Position numbers and translations under genes: made by a program | In this document: positions 1-9,152 of the stretch, in pieces | Layout: every line of letters starts with the position of its first letter | Numbering within the stretch: the first letter of the stretch is position 1 | Source: an uncultured bacterium | Lineage (GTDB): Bacteria > Patescibacteriota > Gracilibacteria > UM-FILTER-43-11 | Reading direction: 5' to 3' | DNA: 54,765 nucleotides | Assembly (NCBI GenBank): GCA_965369815.1 | Contig: CBDUQS010000002.1 | Span: 1 to 54,765 of the forward strand | The notes under the pieces: generated by a model | Seen by the model: only the letters and a program-made list of their open reading frames with translations | Databases searched by the model: none | What the model was told of the DNA's origin: nothing

Positions 1-120
1 TTTTTCTTTCTGAGGAGGTTCAGTGGTAATAGGTTTTTCTGAAACTTCAGCAGGAACAGAAGCCTGCTCGTTTTTTTCTACCTCCAACTCCCCTTGTAGT
101 GGTTGTTGATCGTCAGCCAT
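1..120 (-). CDS. partial CDS (N-terminus only, continues past window edge); acidic/Pro-rich, function unknown
   Basis: ATG at 120-118 (minus), 5 nt after the rpsB stop and open to the window edge (MADDQQPLQGELEVEKNEQASVPAEV...). tsf often follows rpsB, but the visible 40 aa do not resemble EF-Ts. Confidence 0.45.
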   Translation of the reverse strand, partial: MADDQQPLQGELEVEKNEQASVPAEVSEKPITTEPPQKEK

Positions 121-125
121 AAAAT

Positions 126-830
126 TTAATTTTTAGGAGCTTTTGCAGAGAGAGCTTCTTTAGCCAAAGTCAGAATGTAATTGATTGATTTAATTGCATC
201 ATCGTTCGCAGGAATTCCGTAATCTACCAAATCAGGATCAGCATTACTATCTATAATAGCAACCACAGGAATTTTCAATCGACGAGCTTCACGAACCGCA
301 ATAATATCGCGAACAGTATCAACAACAAAAAGAATATCAGGAGTTTCTTTCATATCCTCCACACCAGATAAAGAAGTGGAAAGATCTTGAATTTTTTTAC
401 GAAGCTTCGATTGCTCTTTCTTTGTATACTTACCAAGAGCACCCGTTCGATCATCATCTTTCAATTGCTTGAAGTAATCGATTCGCTTTTTAATGGTTTT
501 AAAGTTGGTCAAAAGCCCTGGAATCCACTTATCGGTTACAATAGGCTGTTGAGTGTCTTTCTTAATCTCCTGAAGCATTGCATGAGACTGCTGCTTAGTA
601 CCAACAAACAAAATTGTTTTATTGGCACGAGAAGCATTTGCTAAAAAGTCCAAAGCAACAATAAGTGCTTCTGCTGTCTTTTTTAGATCAAAAATGTGAA
701 TCCCATGACGCTTATCATATAAATAAGGCTTCATTTTAGGGTTCCACTTGTGGGTTGGGTGACCAAAATGCACTGCATTTTGAATCATTTCTTTTAAAGA
801 AATATCTGACATAATCCTTGGGGTTAACAC
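126..830 (-). CDS. rpsB: 30S ribosomal protein S2
   Basis: 234-aa ORF with S2-like blocks AVHFGHPTHKWNPKM, ILFVGTKQQ and IPVVAIIDSNADPD. Start is GTG at 830 or, more likely, ATG at 812 (AAGGA just upstream). Confidence 0.95.
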   Translation of the reverse strand: MLTPRIMSDISLKEMIQNAVHFGHPTHKWNPKMKPYLYDKRHGIHIFDLKKTAEALIVALDFLANASRANKTILFVGTKQQSHAMLQEIKKDTQQPIVTDKWIPGLLTNFKTIKKRIDYFKQLKDDDRTGALGKYTKKEQSKLRKKIQDLSTSLSGVEDMKETPDILFVVDTVRDIIAVREARRLKIPVVAIIDSNADPDLVDYGIPANDDAIKSINYILTLAKEALSAKAPKN

Positions 831-967
831 CTTATCTCGTCACTTTCACTCTTTAACTCCAATGAACTATCGGAGCAGGATGAGCGAATCAGAAATAAGA
901 CTTAAAATAATTAATGCTCAAAGATTCTATCAGAGAGAGCTTCAGGGTGCAAGGTAAAAATTAAAAA

Positions 968-996
968 TTGACAAAATAACAAGATAAACTAATAAT
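968..996 (+). promoter_or_regulatory. TTGACA-16/17-TAATAAT promoter candidate
   Basis: Upstream of the ORF at 1020, embedded in a period-7 A-rich array. Confidence 0.45.
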
Positions 997-1019
997 AGGC
1001 TCCATAATAATAAAGTATT

Positions 1020-1487
1020 ATGCTCTCCATACAAGAAACATTTACTGGAATAAAAAGTAAGGCTGAAAAAATATTAGGTCTAGATAAAAAATCTGAACTA
1101 GCTCTTCTAACACGTGATAGGGTTGAAGATTTAGTAAATGGATTTTTAAAATACTATTCCATAGATCAACTCAATGGAAATGAAGCCCTATTCTACCAAA
1201 ATGAAGCCCAGCTTCGACAGGATGTTATAAGGCGGCTCAGAAGAATATTGCCAGATCACATTCTAGAAGATAGTAATTGGCTTGATGTTCAAAATTTATT
1301 TGAAAAATTTTTTTCAAAAGGAGGATTATTGGTTAAGGGTGATGATGAAGAGGTATACAAGGATTTGGCTGAAAGAATGGAGTACTCAGTTGATTTACTT
1401 AAAAAAATAATGTATTGCGTCGGTCGTAGTCAGCGACTAGGAATAAAAACGTCTGGAGTCAATACAGTTGACAAAGTAAAAAAGTAA
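1020..1487 (+). CDS. hypothetical soluble helical protein (155 aa)
   Basis: Only long ORF here. TTGACA-N17-TAATAAT-like promoter at 968-996. No recognisable motif. Confidence 0.6.
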   Translation: MLSIQETFTGIKSKAEKILGLDKKSELALLTRDRVEDLVNGFLKYYSIDQLNGNEALFYQNEAQLRQDVIRRLRRILPDHILEDSNWLDVQNLFEKFFSKGGLLVKGDDEEVYKDLAERMEYSVDLLKKIMYCVGRSQRLGIKTSGVNTVDKVKK

Positions 1488-1495
1488 GGTAAAAT
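1468..1495 (+). promoter_or_regulatory. TTGACA-16-TAAAAT promoter candidate
   Basis: Inside the 3' end of the 1020-1487 ORF, 27 nt upstream of the ATG at 1522. Confidence 0.45.
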
Positions 1496-1521
1496 TAAAC
1501 ACTTAAGTAACCCCCCAAAAA

Positions 1522-1968
1522 ATGACTGAAAAACCGAATCATCATCCAGATGAAGCTACAAAAAACCTAGAAGAGCAACGCCTCAGGCTAGCAAAACAGC
1601 TGGAGCTACCTGAAAACACAACTTCTGAGCAAATAGACACACTGGGAAAGGTAAGGGAATTTAGCGGTCACGAAGAGATGCTTCGTACTCATTTTATCGA
1701 TCATATACGCATTGCCACTTGCCAACCATTTTCCGATGACATGAGCTGGAGTCAAATCAATGAAATAGTTGAAAAACTAATGTTCACCTTAATTCAAAAA
1801 GAATCCGATGAACCAGATGGTCCCAATCTTCTAAAAATGATGAGTGCGGTTCACCCAGATGACTACGAAGAGATAGATAAAAAATTGTGTAAAATTCTTG
1901 GACTCCCAGGGGGTTCAACTGAAGATCTAACTGAATGCATTCAGAAAGGAATTAATTTCGAAAAATAA
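1522..1968 (+). CDS. hypothetical acidic helical protein (148 aa), possible distant paralog of 1020-1487
   Basis: ORF with TTGACA-N16-TAAAAT at 1468-1495. Shares a D-x-S-W...EK(F/L) block and a C-terminal KK(I/L)...G block with the upstream protein (weak similarity, by eye). Confidence 0.6.
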   Translation: MTEKPNHHPDEATKNLEEQRLRLAKQLELPENTTSEQIDTLGKVREFSGHEEMLRTHFIDHIRIATCQPFSDDMSWSQINEIVEKLMFTLIQKESDEPDGPNLLKMMSAVHPDDYEEIDKKLCKILGLPGGSTEDLTECIQKGINFEK

Positions 1969-1996
1969 ATTCAGATGAATAAGTAAAATATTCTAT

Positions 1997-2254
1997 ATGA
2001 AACATTTCAGAAGTGGATTCATAGAAGGTAAGCTCCATGAGGATGGGAAAAAGCCAATCATTCTAGGGGAAACGATTTTCTGCCCCTACTCAGAAGAAGA
2101 ACCATGCCCAGAAAATCATCGAGACTACAGCCCAACAGAAGTTATTATCGATGGAGAAAGACGAATCTTATACAGATGCTTCAATGGTTGCACTAGAAAT
2201 TTAGATGAGGAAGATTATGAACACATTGATGGAAGAATCATCAAGAAAGCTTAA
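1997..2254 (+). CDS. hypothetical small Cys-containing protein (85 aa), possible metal-binding
   Basis: ORF contains CPYSEEEPCPENH and CFNGC. Its 3' end overlaps the convergent methyltransferase gene by 14 nt. Confidence 0.45.
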   Translation: MKHFRSGFIEGKLHEDGKKPIILGETIFCPYSEEEPCPENHRDYSPTEVIIDGERRILYRCFNGCTRNLDEEDYEHIDGRIIKKA

Positions 2255-3410
2255 TCAACTCCACCACTGTTTCCATATGATTGGTCTGAGGGAATAGATC
2301 GAAAACCGCCACGCTTTTTAATTGATAGTGTTTTTTGAATTTCGGCAGATCTTTTTCAAGCTGTTTAATATTACAAGAAATATAAACAATCGCTTTGGGT
2401 TGAATTCGAATCAGTTCTTCAATCGTCTTCGGGTGCATTCCACTCCGAGGAGGATCAGTCACCACATATAAAGGAGCGGAAAGTGTCAGCTTTCGAAGCT
2501 GAGTCGCATCCATATTAATCGCTTCCACATTATCCGTTTTATTCAGCTTAATATTCGCATTAGCAGCAACCGTACAACCCTCAAAACTCTCCACTGTTTT
2601 CACGGTTTTAAATAAATCTGCATTAATAATGCCAAATGTCCCCACTCCCCCATATAAATCCAACAAATGAGTTTTATATTCTTCATTATCTGAATACCCT
2701 TTTAGCAATTCATTCACATATTCATGCATTTTTTCTGCCATCGCATGATTGTTCTGAAAAAACCCCTGAGCACTGTAATGAAAAGTCTTACCCATCATGG
2801 TTTCTTCGAGCATATCGGAACCCTTGATGGCGATAAATTCCTCTCCATAGCTCATATCGGTTTTGGCAGGCATATAGGTAATTAAAACATTGTTCGCAGA
2901 TGTTTTCAGTGAAAAAGCCTTGATCCGCTCCACAGCGTCACCACATTTAGAAGAATCTTTATTTAAAACAAAGGAAATAGAAGAATCGTTCTGAGGCGTG
3001 CGAATCACCGCGTAACGGTAAGTTCCCGTATGCTCCTTTGGCTCAAAATCATCCGCGTCACCAAAAGCATCCCAAACTTCTTTAATCAATTCATTCAATC
3101 GTGGATTCGAAATCGCGCATTCCGGAATACTCACCCGCCACCGCCAGCTCTTCTTTTGCCGAAAGCCAATCCCCTCCTCCGTAAATACCATATCCATTCG
3201 ATTCCGATAAAAATACTCTTCGCCAGAAAACATTTGAACACCTTGCCTACCGGCAGGCAGGTCTTCAAATTCCGTCACCTGAGCAGCTCGTTTTTTCTTA
3301 TTTTCCAGTTGAACTTCATAAGGAATGTGCTGCATCACACAGCCACCACATTTATCACGGAAGCCAGTATCAGGAAGGGCGAAATAAGGACATTTAGGTT
3401 CTCTGGTCAT
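2241..3410 (-). CDS. RumA/TrmA-family SAM-dependent RNA (uracil-5)-methyltransferase, no N-terminal TRAM domain
   Basis: 389 aa. N-terminal Cys cluster (CPYF...CGGCVMQH...PECA, like the RumA Fe-S site), SAM motif LDLYGGVGTFG, VVTDPPRSG, and catalytic-Cys block VYISCN. Confidence 0.85.
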   Translation of the reverse strand: MTREPKCPYFALPDTGFRDKCGGCVMQHIPYEVQLENKKKRAAQVTEFEDLPAGRQGVQMFSGEEYFYRNRMDMVFTEEGIGFRQKKSWRWRVSIPECAISNPRLNELIKEVWDAFGDADDFEPKEHTGTYRYAVIRTPQNDSSISFVLNKDSSKCGDAVERIKAFSLKTSANNVLITYMPAKTDMSYGEEFIAIKGSDMLEETMMGKTFHYSAQGFFQNNHAMAEKMHEYVNELLKGYSDNEEYKTHLLDLYGGVGTFGIINADLFKTVKTVESFEGCTVAANANIKLNKTDNVEAINMDATQLRKLTLSAPLYVVTDPPRSGMHPKTIEELIRIQPKAIVYISCNIKQLEKDLPKFKKHYQLKSVAVFDLFPQTNHMETVVELIKLS

Positions 3411-3437
3411 AGTAAGTTAGTAAGAAACAAGGGTTTT

Positions 3438-3446
3438 TGATATAAT
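3438..3446 (+). promoter_or_regulatory. extended -10 promoter element TGaTATAAT
   Basis: Located 49 nt upstream of the GT2 start at 3495. Confidence 0.5.
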
Positions 3447-3474
3447 GCGGAGCCATAATATATGATAAACTCCC

Positions 3475-3488
3475 CAGTGACTAGTGAC
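3475..3488 (+). repeat. heptamer array YAGTGAC x2
   Basis: cagtgac tagtgac, then taaaaa and the ATG at 3495. A second pair (agtaagt tagtaag) lies at 3411-3424. Confidence 0.6.
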
Positions 3489-3494
3489 TAAAAA

Positions 3495-4538
3495 ATGAAT
3501 TTTCTCCCCAAAGTCAGTATCGGCCTCGTTCTTTACAAAGGCGAAAAATACTTAAAACCTTGCCTTCAAAGCTTGCTCAGTCAGGATTATCCAAATATTG
3601 AGTTCTTATTTCGCGACCAAAGCCCAGATGGAGAAGCTTACGAGTATATTAAAAACGAATTACAGGATTACTTAGGGGGCTTCAAGCTCGAAAAAGGGCC
3701 AAACTTATGGCACAGCGGTGGGCACAACGCATTGATTCGGCGAATGACCGGTGATTATTACATCACCTGCAGTAACGACATGATCTACCCAGAAGATTTT
3801 GTTTCTAAAATCATTCAAACGCTCGAGAAACCACAAAACCGTCACTACGGCTCTGCCACTTGTAAATTAATGGTATGGAATTTTGACCCCGAAAACGGAA
3901 TCAGTGAATCAACCAACACAATCGACAGTTGTGGAATTGGCTTAACCCATTCTCACCATTTTTATGATATCGGCCAAGGAGAAGAAGATAATGATCAATA
4001 CGATTCTGTTAAAGATATTTTTGGACCTTCGGGTGCACTGAGCATTTTCCGAAAAAACGCACTCGACGATATCGCTTACGAAAATGATCGAGGAATCCCC
4101 GAATATTACGATTCTCTACTCCATTATAAAAACGATGTTGATTTAGCCTACCGTCTGCAATGGGCCGGTCATAAAAGCCTTTTTATTCCCCACGTGCAAG
4201 TATGGCACGATAGACAGGCAACCAATCTTCATAAATCCAAACTGCTTGCAAAACGAATCACAAAAGCAAGAGATGACAAATCAATTTTCACCAGAGAAAA
4301 CTCTTTTTTCGGCCAACAAGTAGTGATGCAGAAAAACTTTAACCCAGACTTCTCCCTGAAAGTAAGAGCGAAAAGCCTGGGTTACAAAATCGCCGCCCTC
4401 ACCTACGCCTCCCTGTTCGAACGATACCTTTTAAAACAGCTAGATATCGTCCGGGAATTTAAAGAAGAAATTGAAAACAAGCAAGATTCCATCAAATTCC
4501 GTATGCCACCCAGTTACATTGAACGATTAATGAAATAA
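3495..4538 (+). CDS. family 2 glycosyltransferase (GT-A fold)
   Basis: 347 aa. N-terminal VSIGLVLYKGEKYLKPCLQSLLSQDYPNIEFLFRDQSPDG is typical of GT2. Extended -10 TGaTATAAT at 3438-3446. Confidence 0.8.
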   Translation: MNFLPKVSIGLVLYKGEKYLKPCLQSLLSQDYPNIEFLFRDQSPDGEAYEYIKNELQDYLGGFKLEKGPNLWHSGGHNALIRRMTGDYYITCSNDMIYPEDFVSKIIQTLEKPQNRHYGSATCKLMVWNFDPENGISESTNTIDSCGIGLTHSHHFYDIGQGEEDNDQYDSVKDIFGPSGALSIFRKNALDDIAYENDRGIPEYYDSLLHYKNDVDLAYRLQWAGHKSLFIPHVQVWHDRQATNLHKSKLLAKRITKARDDKSIFTRENSFFGQQVVMQKNFNPDFSLKVRAKSLGYKIAALTYASLFERYLLKQLDIVREFKEEIENKQDSIKFRMPPSYIERLMK

Positions 4539-4540
4539 CT

Positions 4541-4620
4541 CGAATAGTGCGCCAAATAGTGGACCGAATTGTTGTATGACAAACCACTATACGGTGCACT
4601 ATGCGGTCCACCATCCGAAT
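4541..4620 (+). repeat. long imperfect palindromic element, copy A
   Basis: cgaatagtgcgccaaatagtggaccgaattgttgtatgacaaaccactatacggtgcactatgcggtccaccatccgaat. About 85% identical to copy B over 80 nt, and folds as a ~20-bp imperfect hairpin. Confidence 0.8.
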
Positions 4621-4622
4621 CT

Positions 4623-5444
4623 ATGAAGATTAAGGCTTCCATCATCATCCTCGACTTCTTTAAAAGCAAACGAGTTTGTGAGAATGTTAAAAGTATCCTT
4701 AAGCAAAAGGTGGATTTTAAATATGAAGTGATCGTCGTCGACAACAGCGCCAACCCGCTAAATGCCAAAAAGCTGGAATCCCTCAGGAAATTCCCCAACG
4801 TTAAGCTTTATATCAACGATGAAAATGTTGGTTACCCCAAAGGGAATAATCAAGGCGTCGCTCGCTCTAAAGGTGAATATGTATTGATTGTGAATCCCGA
4901 TATTCTGTGGGGAAAGGCGGATACGCTTCAAAAATTGGTGAATGCAATGGAAAAAGATTCAACCATTGGTGTACTCGGCCCCAAACAAATCAACGACGGA
5001 GACAATTCAATCGCCATGACCGTCCGACGCTTCCCCAAACTCACCCTTCAGATCGCAAGGCGCACGAAACTACGAAAGCTACCCATCATCCGTGATCTGG
5101 TCGCCAAAGACGAATGCCGAGATTTAAACTACAGCAAAACTCAGGAAGTCGACTGGCTCCAATCCAGCTTCTGGATCACTCCTCGAAAACTCTGGAACAA
5201 ACTCGGCGGCCTCGACACTCGCTATCGAATTTTCATGACAGATCCAGATTACTGCTGGAAAGCATGGAAAGCGGGCTACCGCGTGATTTATGAACCCTCT
5301 ATCCAAGTCCACGCCGACGGTATCCGCTGCAGCCACGGCGGAGTAAAAGAATTCTTCAGCAAATGGATCCTCCGTCAGCACTTTGTCGACGCCGTGAAAT
5401 ACAGAGTACGGCATTTTGGAAAAAGGAATCCAAGAAGAAAATAA
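4623..5444 (+). CDS. family 2 glycosyltransferase
   Basis: ASIIILDFF...EVIVVDNSANP...GYPKGNNQG...LIVNPD pattern. The ORF track starts at 4569, but those 18 extra codons read through the palindromic repeat element, so ATG at 4623 is preferred. Confidence 0.8.
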   Translation: MKIKASIIILDFFKSKRVCENVKSILKQKVDFKYEVIVVDNSANPLNAKKLESLRKFPNVKLYINDENVGYPKGNNQGVARSKGEYVLIVNPDILWGKADTLQKLVNAMEKDSTIGVLGPKQINDGDNSIAMTVRRFPKLTLQIARRTKLRKLPIIRDLVAKDECRDLNYSKTQEVDWLQSSFWITPRKLWNKLGGLDTRYRIFMTDPDYCWKAWKAGYRVIYEPSIQVHADGIRCSHGGVKEFFSKWILRQHFVDAVKYRVRHFGKRNPRRK

Positions 5445-5462
5445 AATAAATAAAATTTCAAC

Positions 5463-6815
5463 ATGACATTAACAAAAAAATTAGGAATTGTATTTTTCAC
5501 ACTCCTTGTTGTAGCAATAGCCAACACGAGTGTTGTTTATAATTTTCAAACTTCACAAAAAACCGATGCAGCGATCATTGATGCAGCGGGTCGAAACAGA
5601 ATGCTATCTCAGAAAATAGGCTTTCTTGCCGAACAAATAGTCAATGGCAATGAATCGATAAAATCAGAACTTCAAGAAGTCATCTATCTTCACGACACCT
5701 CATTTTTAGCTCTAAAAAACGGAGGAATTGCGCCAGGAATATCAAACAATCGAACTCTGCCAGAAACTATTCCTTCCATTATGCCTTTAGTAGAAAATGC
5801 TGGTGAACTCTGGCTAAAATACAAAGCAAATGCCGAGGTTATTGCAAATAAGCCAATTATTATTAATGAAATTCCCAATCCAGCCGTAATAACTGCATTG
5901 AGCTTTATAGAAAAAAATGCGCTAGAGATGCTGAATAGAAACAATGAAATGACCAAGGCTTACGTGATAAGCAATGAAATAAAGCAAAAAAGTACAAATG
6001 GAGCCCTTTTCATTATCCTAATTATCTACGCAATAGTAATAGGATTTGGCTTTATTGTTTCCCGCTCACTCGTTCACACATTAGAAGTGTTAGATAAGGC
6101 AAAAACAAACCTTGTTTCCTTGATTGCCCACCAGTTAAAAACACCAATCACCGCAATAAGCTGGAATACAGAGACATTATTAAGTGGAGATCATGGAGCG
6201 CTCAACCCTGAGCAGACCGACACACTAAATCAAATCGATAATACAAATGGGAGAATGAAGAAATTAATAAACAGTTTTTTGAATATTTCCAATATTGACT
6301 TGGGAGTAGTAACTATTAAAACTAAGACAATTAATTTTATCGATGTATGCGAAGAGGCACTTAATGGAATGGAACCACAGATCTTAGAAAAAAATCACAC
6401 AATCATCAAAAAATATGATAAAAAATCCTCCATTGCCCCAGCGGATCAAAACTTACTACGAATTATCTTCGAAAACCTTATTTCAAATGCAATCAAGTAC
6501 ACTCCAGAGAATGGAGAAATAACGATTTCAATAGGTGCATTAAATCACGAGATTACATTGAGCGTTTCTAACGGCGGAAATCCAATAACCAAGGAGGATC
6601 AATCAAAAATATTCGATAAATTATACCGAACAGATGATGCACAAAAAATGGACCCCGATGGGAATGGGTTGGGTCTTTACCTAGTAAAAAAGATTGTTAA
6701 AAATGCGGGTGGCCGAATCTGGATTGAATCAAAAAAAGGAAGTAACACCATATTTTCTGTCGCCTTTCCTATTACAGGAATGAAGGAGAGAGAAGGCATT
6801 AAATCATTGTCATAA
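5463..6815 (+). CDS. sensor histidine kinase with PilJ/NarX-type periplasmic N-terminal sensor
   Basis: 450 aa. TM helix, AGRNRMLSQKIGFLAEQ (PilJ/NarX P-box-like), second TM, H-box SLIAHQLKTPITAI, N-box NLISNAIKYTP, G-boxes DGNGLGLYLVKKIV. Confidence 0.85.
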   Translation: MTLTKKLGIVFFTLLVVAIANTSVVYNFQTSQKTDAAIIDAAGRNRMLSQKIGFLAEQIVNGNESIKSELQEVIYLHDTSFLALKNGGIAPGISNNRTLPETIPSIMPLVENAGELWLKYKANAEVIANKPIIINEIPNPAVITALSFIEKNALEMLNRNNEMTKAYVISNEIKQKSTNGALFIILIIYAIVIGFGFIVSRSLVHTLEVLDKAKTNLVSLIAHQLKTPITAISWNTETLLSGDHGALNPEQTDTLNQIDNTNGRMKKLINSFLNISNIDLGVVTIKTKTINFIDVCEEALNGMEPQILEKNHTIIKKYDKKSSIAPADQNLLRIIFENLISNAIKYTPENGEITISIGALNHEITLSVSNGGNPITKEDQSKIFDKLYRTDDAQKMDPDGNGLGLYLVKKIVKNAGGRIWIESKKGSNTIFSVAFPITGMKEREGIKSLS

Positions 6816-6869
6816 TAAGAAATTTTTTGTTAAAATAAGCTTGTTTACAATACTCTACTAAAAAAACCA

Positions 6870-7268
6870 ATGAAAAAAGGACAATCTAAAAAAATAATTC
6901 TCGTAGTCGAAGATGACTCGTCTTTATTAAAAGCGCTCAGCGGAAAGCTAACTCGCGAAGGTTTTAGCGTAATCGAAGCAAAAAATGGATTAACAGGGCT
7001 TAAAAAAGCTTTAAAAGAAAAACCCGACTTGATCATTCTCGATATTCTAATGCCAAAAATGAATGGAATGGAAATGCTAAAAGAGCTAAGAAAAGACGAC
7101 TGGGGTAAGGATATTTACACGATTATGCTAACCAACAAAGAACCTTCAAAGGACCTATTTGAAGAAGCCAAAAGAGCCCCTTATGTATCAACTTATCTAG
7201 CAAAAAGCGACTATAAACTCTCAGAGATTGTAGAAATCGTAAATCAAAAGCTTTCTGATCCAAAATAA
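6870..7268 (+). CDS. single-domain response regulator (CheY-like receiver, no output domain)
   Basis: 132 aa. VVEDD acidic pocket, DLIILDILMPKMNG phospho-acceptor Asp, conserved T and K positions. Immediately downstream of the kinase. Confidence 0.85.
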   Translation: MKKGQSKKIILVVEDDSSLLKALSGKLTREGFSVIEAKNGLTGLKKALKEKPDLIILDILMPKMNGMEMLKELRKDDWGKDIYTIMLTNKEPSKDLFEEAKRAPYVSTYLAKSDYKLSEIVEIVNQKLSDPK

Positions 7269-7286
7269 TATCAAATTTAAAACCCC

Positions 7287-7628
7287 ATGGTCCCAATCGA
7301 ATACCTCCGACAATTTCGTTTCAGCGGATACGCTATTTTCGACTTTATAGCAGCATTTTTAGGGATCTATCTGCTCGCTCCCCTGCTATCAAAACTATTC
7401 CTAAAACTCAGGCTCGACATCCCCAAAAAGAATTGGTTATTTTTAACCCTACCCATTGGAATTCTTTCTCATTTAGCAGTGGGGAACATAACCCCAATGA
7501 CGAGAGACTTTATGGATTTAGGTAGCCATTATATTTTGAAAATTATGATGATAGGATTACTCTTTTTTGGAATAAGGGGGATTAAAGTGGTGAAGAAAGA
7601 CATGAAAAAAAAGAGGGCTCATAAATAA
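7287..7628 (+). CDS. hypothetical small membrane protein (113 aa, ~3 TM)
   Basis: Hydrophobic segments IFDFIAAFLGIYLLAPLL, LFLTLPIGILSHLAV and ILKIMMIGLLFFGI, with a basic C-terminus. Confidence 0.55.
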   Translation: MVPIEYLRQFRFSGYAIFDFIAAFLGIYLLAPLLSKLFLKLRLDIPKKNWLFLTLPIGILSHLAVGNITPMTRDFMDLGSHYILKIMMIGLLFFGIRGIKVVKKDMKKKRAHK

Positions 7629-7630
7629 GG

Positions 7631-7659
7631 TTGCATTTTGATCAAAACTTTATTATAAT
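7631..7659 (+). promoter_or_regulatory. sigma70-type promoter TTGCAT-17-TATAAT
   Basis: Exact 17-nt spacing, 26 nt upstream of the ATG at 7685. Confidence 0.6.
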
Positions 7660-7684
7660 ACAACACTTATTAATTTAGTCTATC

Positions 7685-8161
7685 ATGATCAATCAACCCT
7701 CTTTAGATAATTCTCCAAAAAAACCAAGTCACACCCGTAGCGCACTAAAAGCTTTGGGGCTGGGCTTTATTATGGGAACAACTGCCCTAAGTCCAACTAT
7801 TGTAAATGCACAAGAAAATAGAACCGAAACAATGAATGATGAGGTGGAGGTAATCGCAGCAGCAAAAAATGCGGTAGAAAGATTTGTAAAAGAACAAGGA
7901 GTTGATATGCCTGTATTTAAGGCAAATATCGTCTTCAGAAAAGGACATCCTTTCTTTGACAAAGGAATTAATTGGCTATTAGAGCATGGCTCTGAACGTG
8001 AGGGTGATGTGGTAGATCCAAAAGCAATTGAATATGTTGTTTGCCTAGGAAGCAAACCACTCAAAACTGGAAAAGACGGGGAAGTGGAATTCGACAAAGA
8101 AGGAGATTATGGAGTAGTGGTTCTAGATGCAAACAAGCAAGTTTTAGGAATAGGAGATTAA
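7685..8161 (+). CDS. hypothetical secreted or membrane-anchored protein (158 aa)
   Basis: Signal-like ALKALGLGFIMGTTALSPTIVNAQE. Well-formed promoter TTGCAT-17-TATAAT at 7631-7659. Confidence 0.55.
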   Translation: MINQPSLDNSPKKPSHTRSALKALGLGFIMGTTALSPTIVNAQENRTETMNDEVEVIAAAKNAVERFVKEQGVDMPVFKANIVFRKGHPFFDKGINWLLEHGSEREGDVVDPKAIEYVVCLGSKPLKTGKDGEVEFDKEGDYGVVVLDANKQVLGIGD

Positions 8162-8208
8162 AAGCCAAATCTAAATCCCCGCTGTTTTCTTGACGTCCTG
8201 AATTTCGA

Positions 8209-9033
8209 TTAAAACCACTCTTTTGAGAGCGACTCTGGAATATGTAGTTTTTTTGTCCTAAAATCAACAACCCTATCGAAAGCCGATTTAATATCAAAAT
8301 CTGTCACATCTGGTGAAGGCTTATTTATAATGACAAAATTTGTCTCAGCCAGAGCGGACACTGGACCACTACTCATACGAAAGCCATTAGTATCTTCAGG
8401 CGGACACGTTCGTAAAAGCATATCTGCTGAAGGGTAAACAGGAAGTAACCGTTTATCCAAATTTTGAATCTGAGCCTGGGTAAGGGCATGTGGATCTTTA
8501 GAAAGTAATTCCAAAACTCTCTGCCTTACCCTAACTTCCAAAGCACCATCATAATTGATTAATAAATTAGCAGTAAATTCGTTCGAATCAACCTCCTGCT
8601 CGTCATTCTTAACATCATCAACGAGATCATGCCATGATCGAATTTCTTCTTTCGATTTCAACTCAGCAGGTAAAGAAAATTTTGGTCTGTCAGCACGAGT
8701 AAAAGCACTAAAATGAGTTCCACAATCTCTCAATGTAGCAATTAAATCTTCCCTAATAACATCATGAATGCTGGCAAGTGATGTATCAGTTCTCGACTGA
8801 ACTTCCGATCTGTAAGTTGACGGTCTAGTAAGAAAAATATCAACCATTTTTCCACCCATAGCTCTAAATTCATCAATAACCTGACAACAGAGTTCCGCCC
8901 CCTTCACATACGAATCACGACGAGCAGTTTCAATATCATCATACCCACCATTATCATACTCTTTTTTTGCCCATCGACGATGTCCATCTGGATAAAAACT
9001 TAAACGTGTTGGTGTCCATTTTTCGTTCTGCAT
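8209..9033 (-). CDS. divergent cis-prenyltransferase (UppS)-like protein
   Basis: 274 aa. YPDGHRRWAKK aligns to UppS DGNGRWA; LLINYDG to NYGG; LLRTCPPEDTNGFRMS to (L/V)IRTGGE-RxSNF. The FS-EN substrate block is replaced by TRPSTY. Confidence 0.55.
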   Translation of the reverse strand: MQNEKWTPTRLSFYPDGHRRWAKKEYDNGGYDDIETARRDSYVKGAELCCQVIDEFRAMGGKMVDIFLTRPSTYRSEVQSRTDTSLASIHDVIREDLIATLRDCGTHFSAFTRADRPKFSLPAELKSKEEIRSWHDLVDDVKNDEQEVDSNEFTANLLINYDGALEVRVRQRVLELLSKDPHALTQAQIQNLDKRLLPVYPSADMLLRTCPPEDTNGFRMSSGPVSALAETNFVIINKPSPDVTDFDIKSAFDRVVDFRTKKLHIPESLSKEWF

Positions 9034-9062
9034 AGCTCTAGATATTATGTTAATAGTGAGCC

Positions 9063-9090
9063 ATTTTAGTCCATAATTCTAATATGTCAA
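9063..9090 (-). promoter_or_regulatory. sigma70-type promoter TTGACA-16-TAAAAT for the UppS-like gene
   Basis: Read on the minus strand, about 30 nt upstream of the ATG at 9033. Confidence 0.55.
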
Positions 9091-9152
9091 TATTGTTCAC
9101 TTAAAAACACTGTCGGAAAAATCAACAACAACTTTTTAAGAGAGGAATCAAA

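Noticed and set aside
3030-3440. Long antisense ORFs opposite real genes. Examples: 3030-3440 opposite the methyltransferase, 7729-8097, 21737-22174 opposite prfA, 27941-28393 (Ala/Ser-rich) and 47802-48215 opposite the kinase.
   Set aside because: Each lies fully inside a longer ORF that carries clear family motifs on the other strand. Their translations are low-complexity or compositionally odd (Ser/Leu/Phe/Ile-rich), so they are shadow ORFs.
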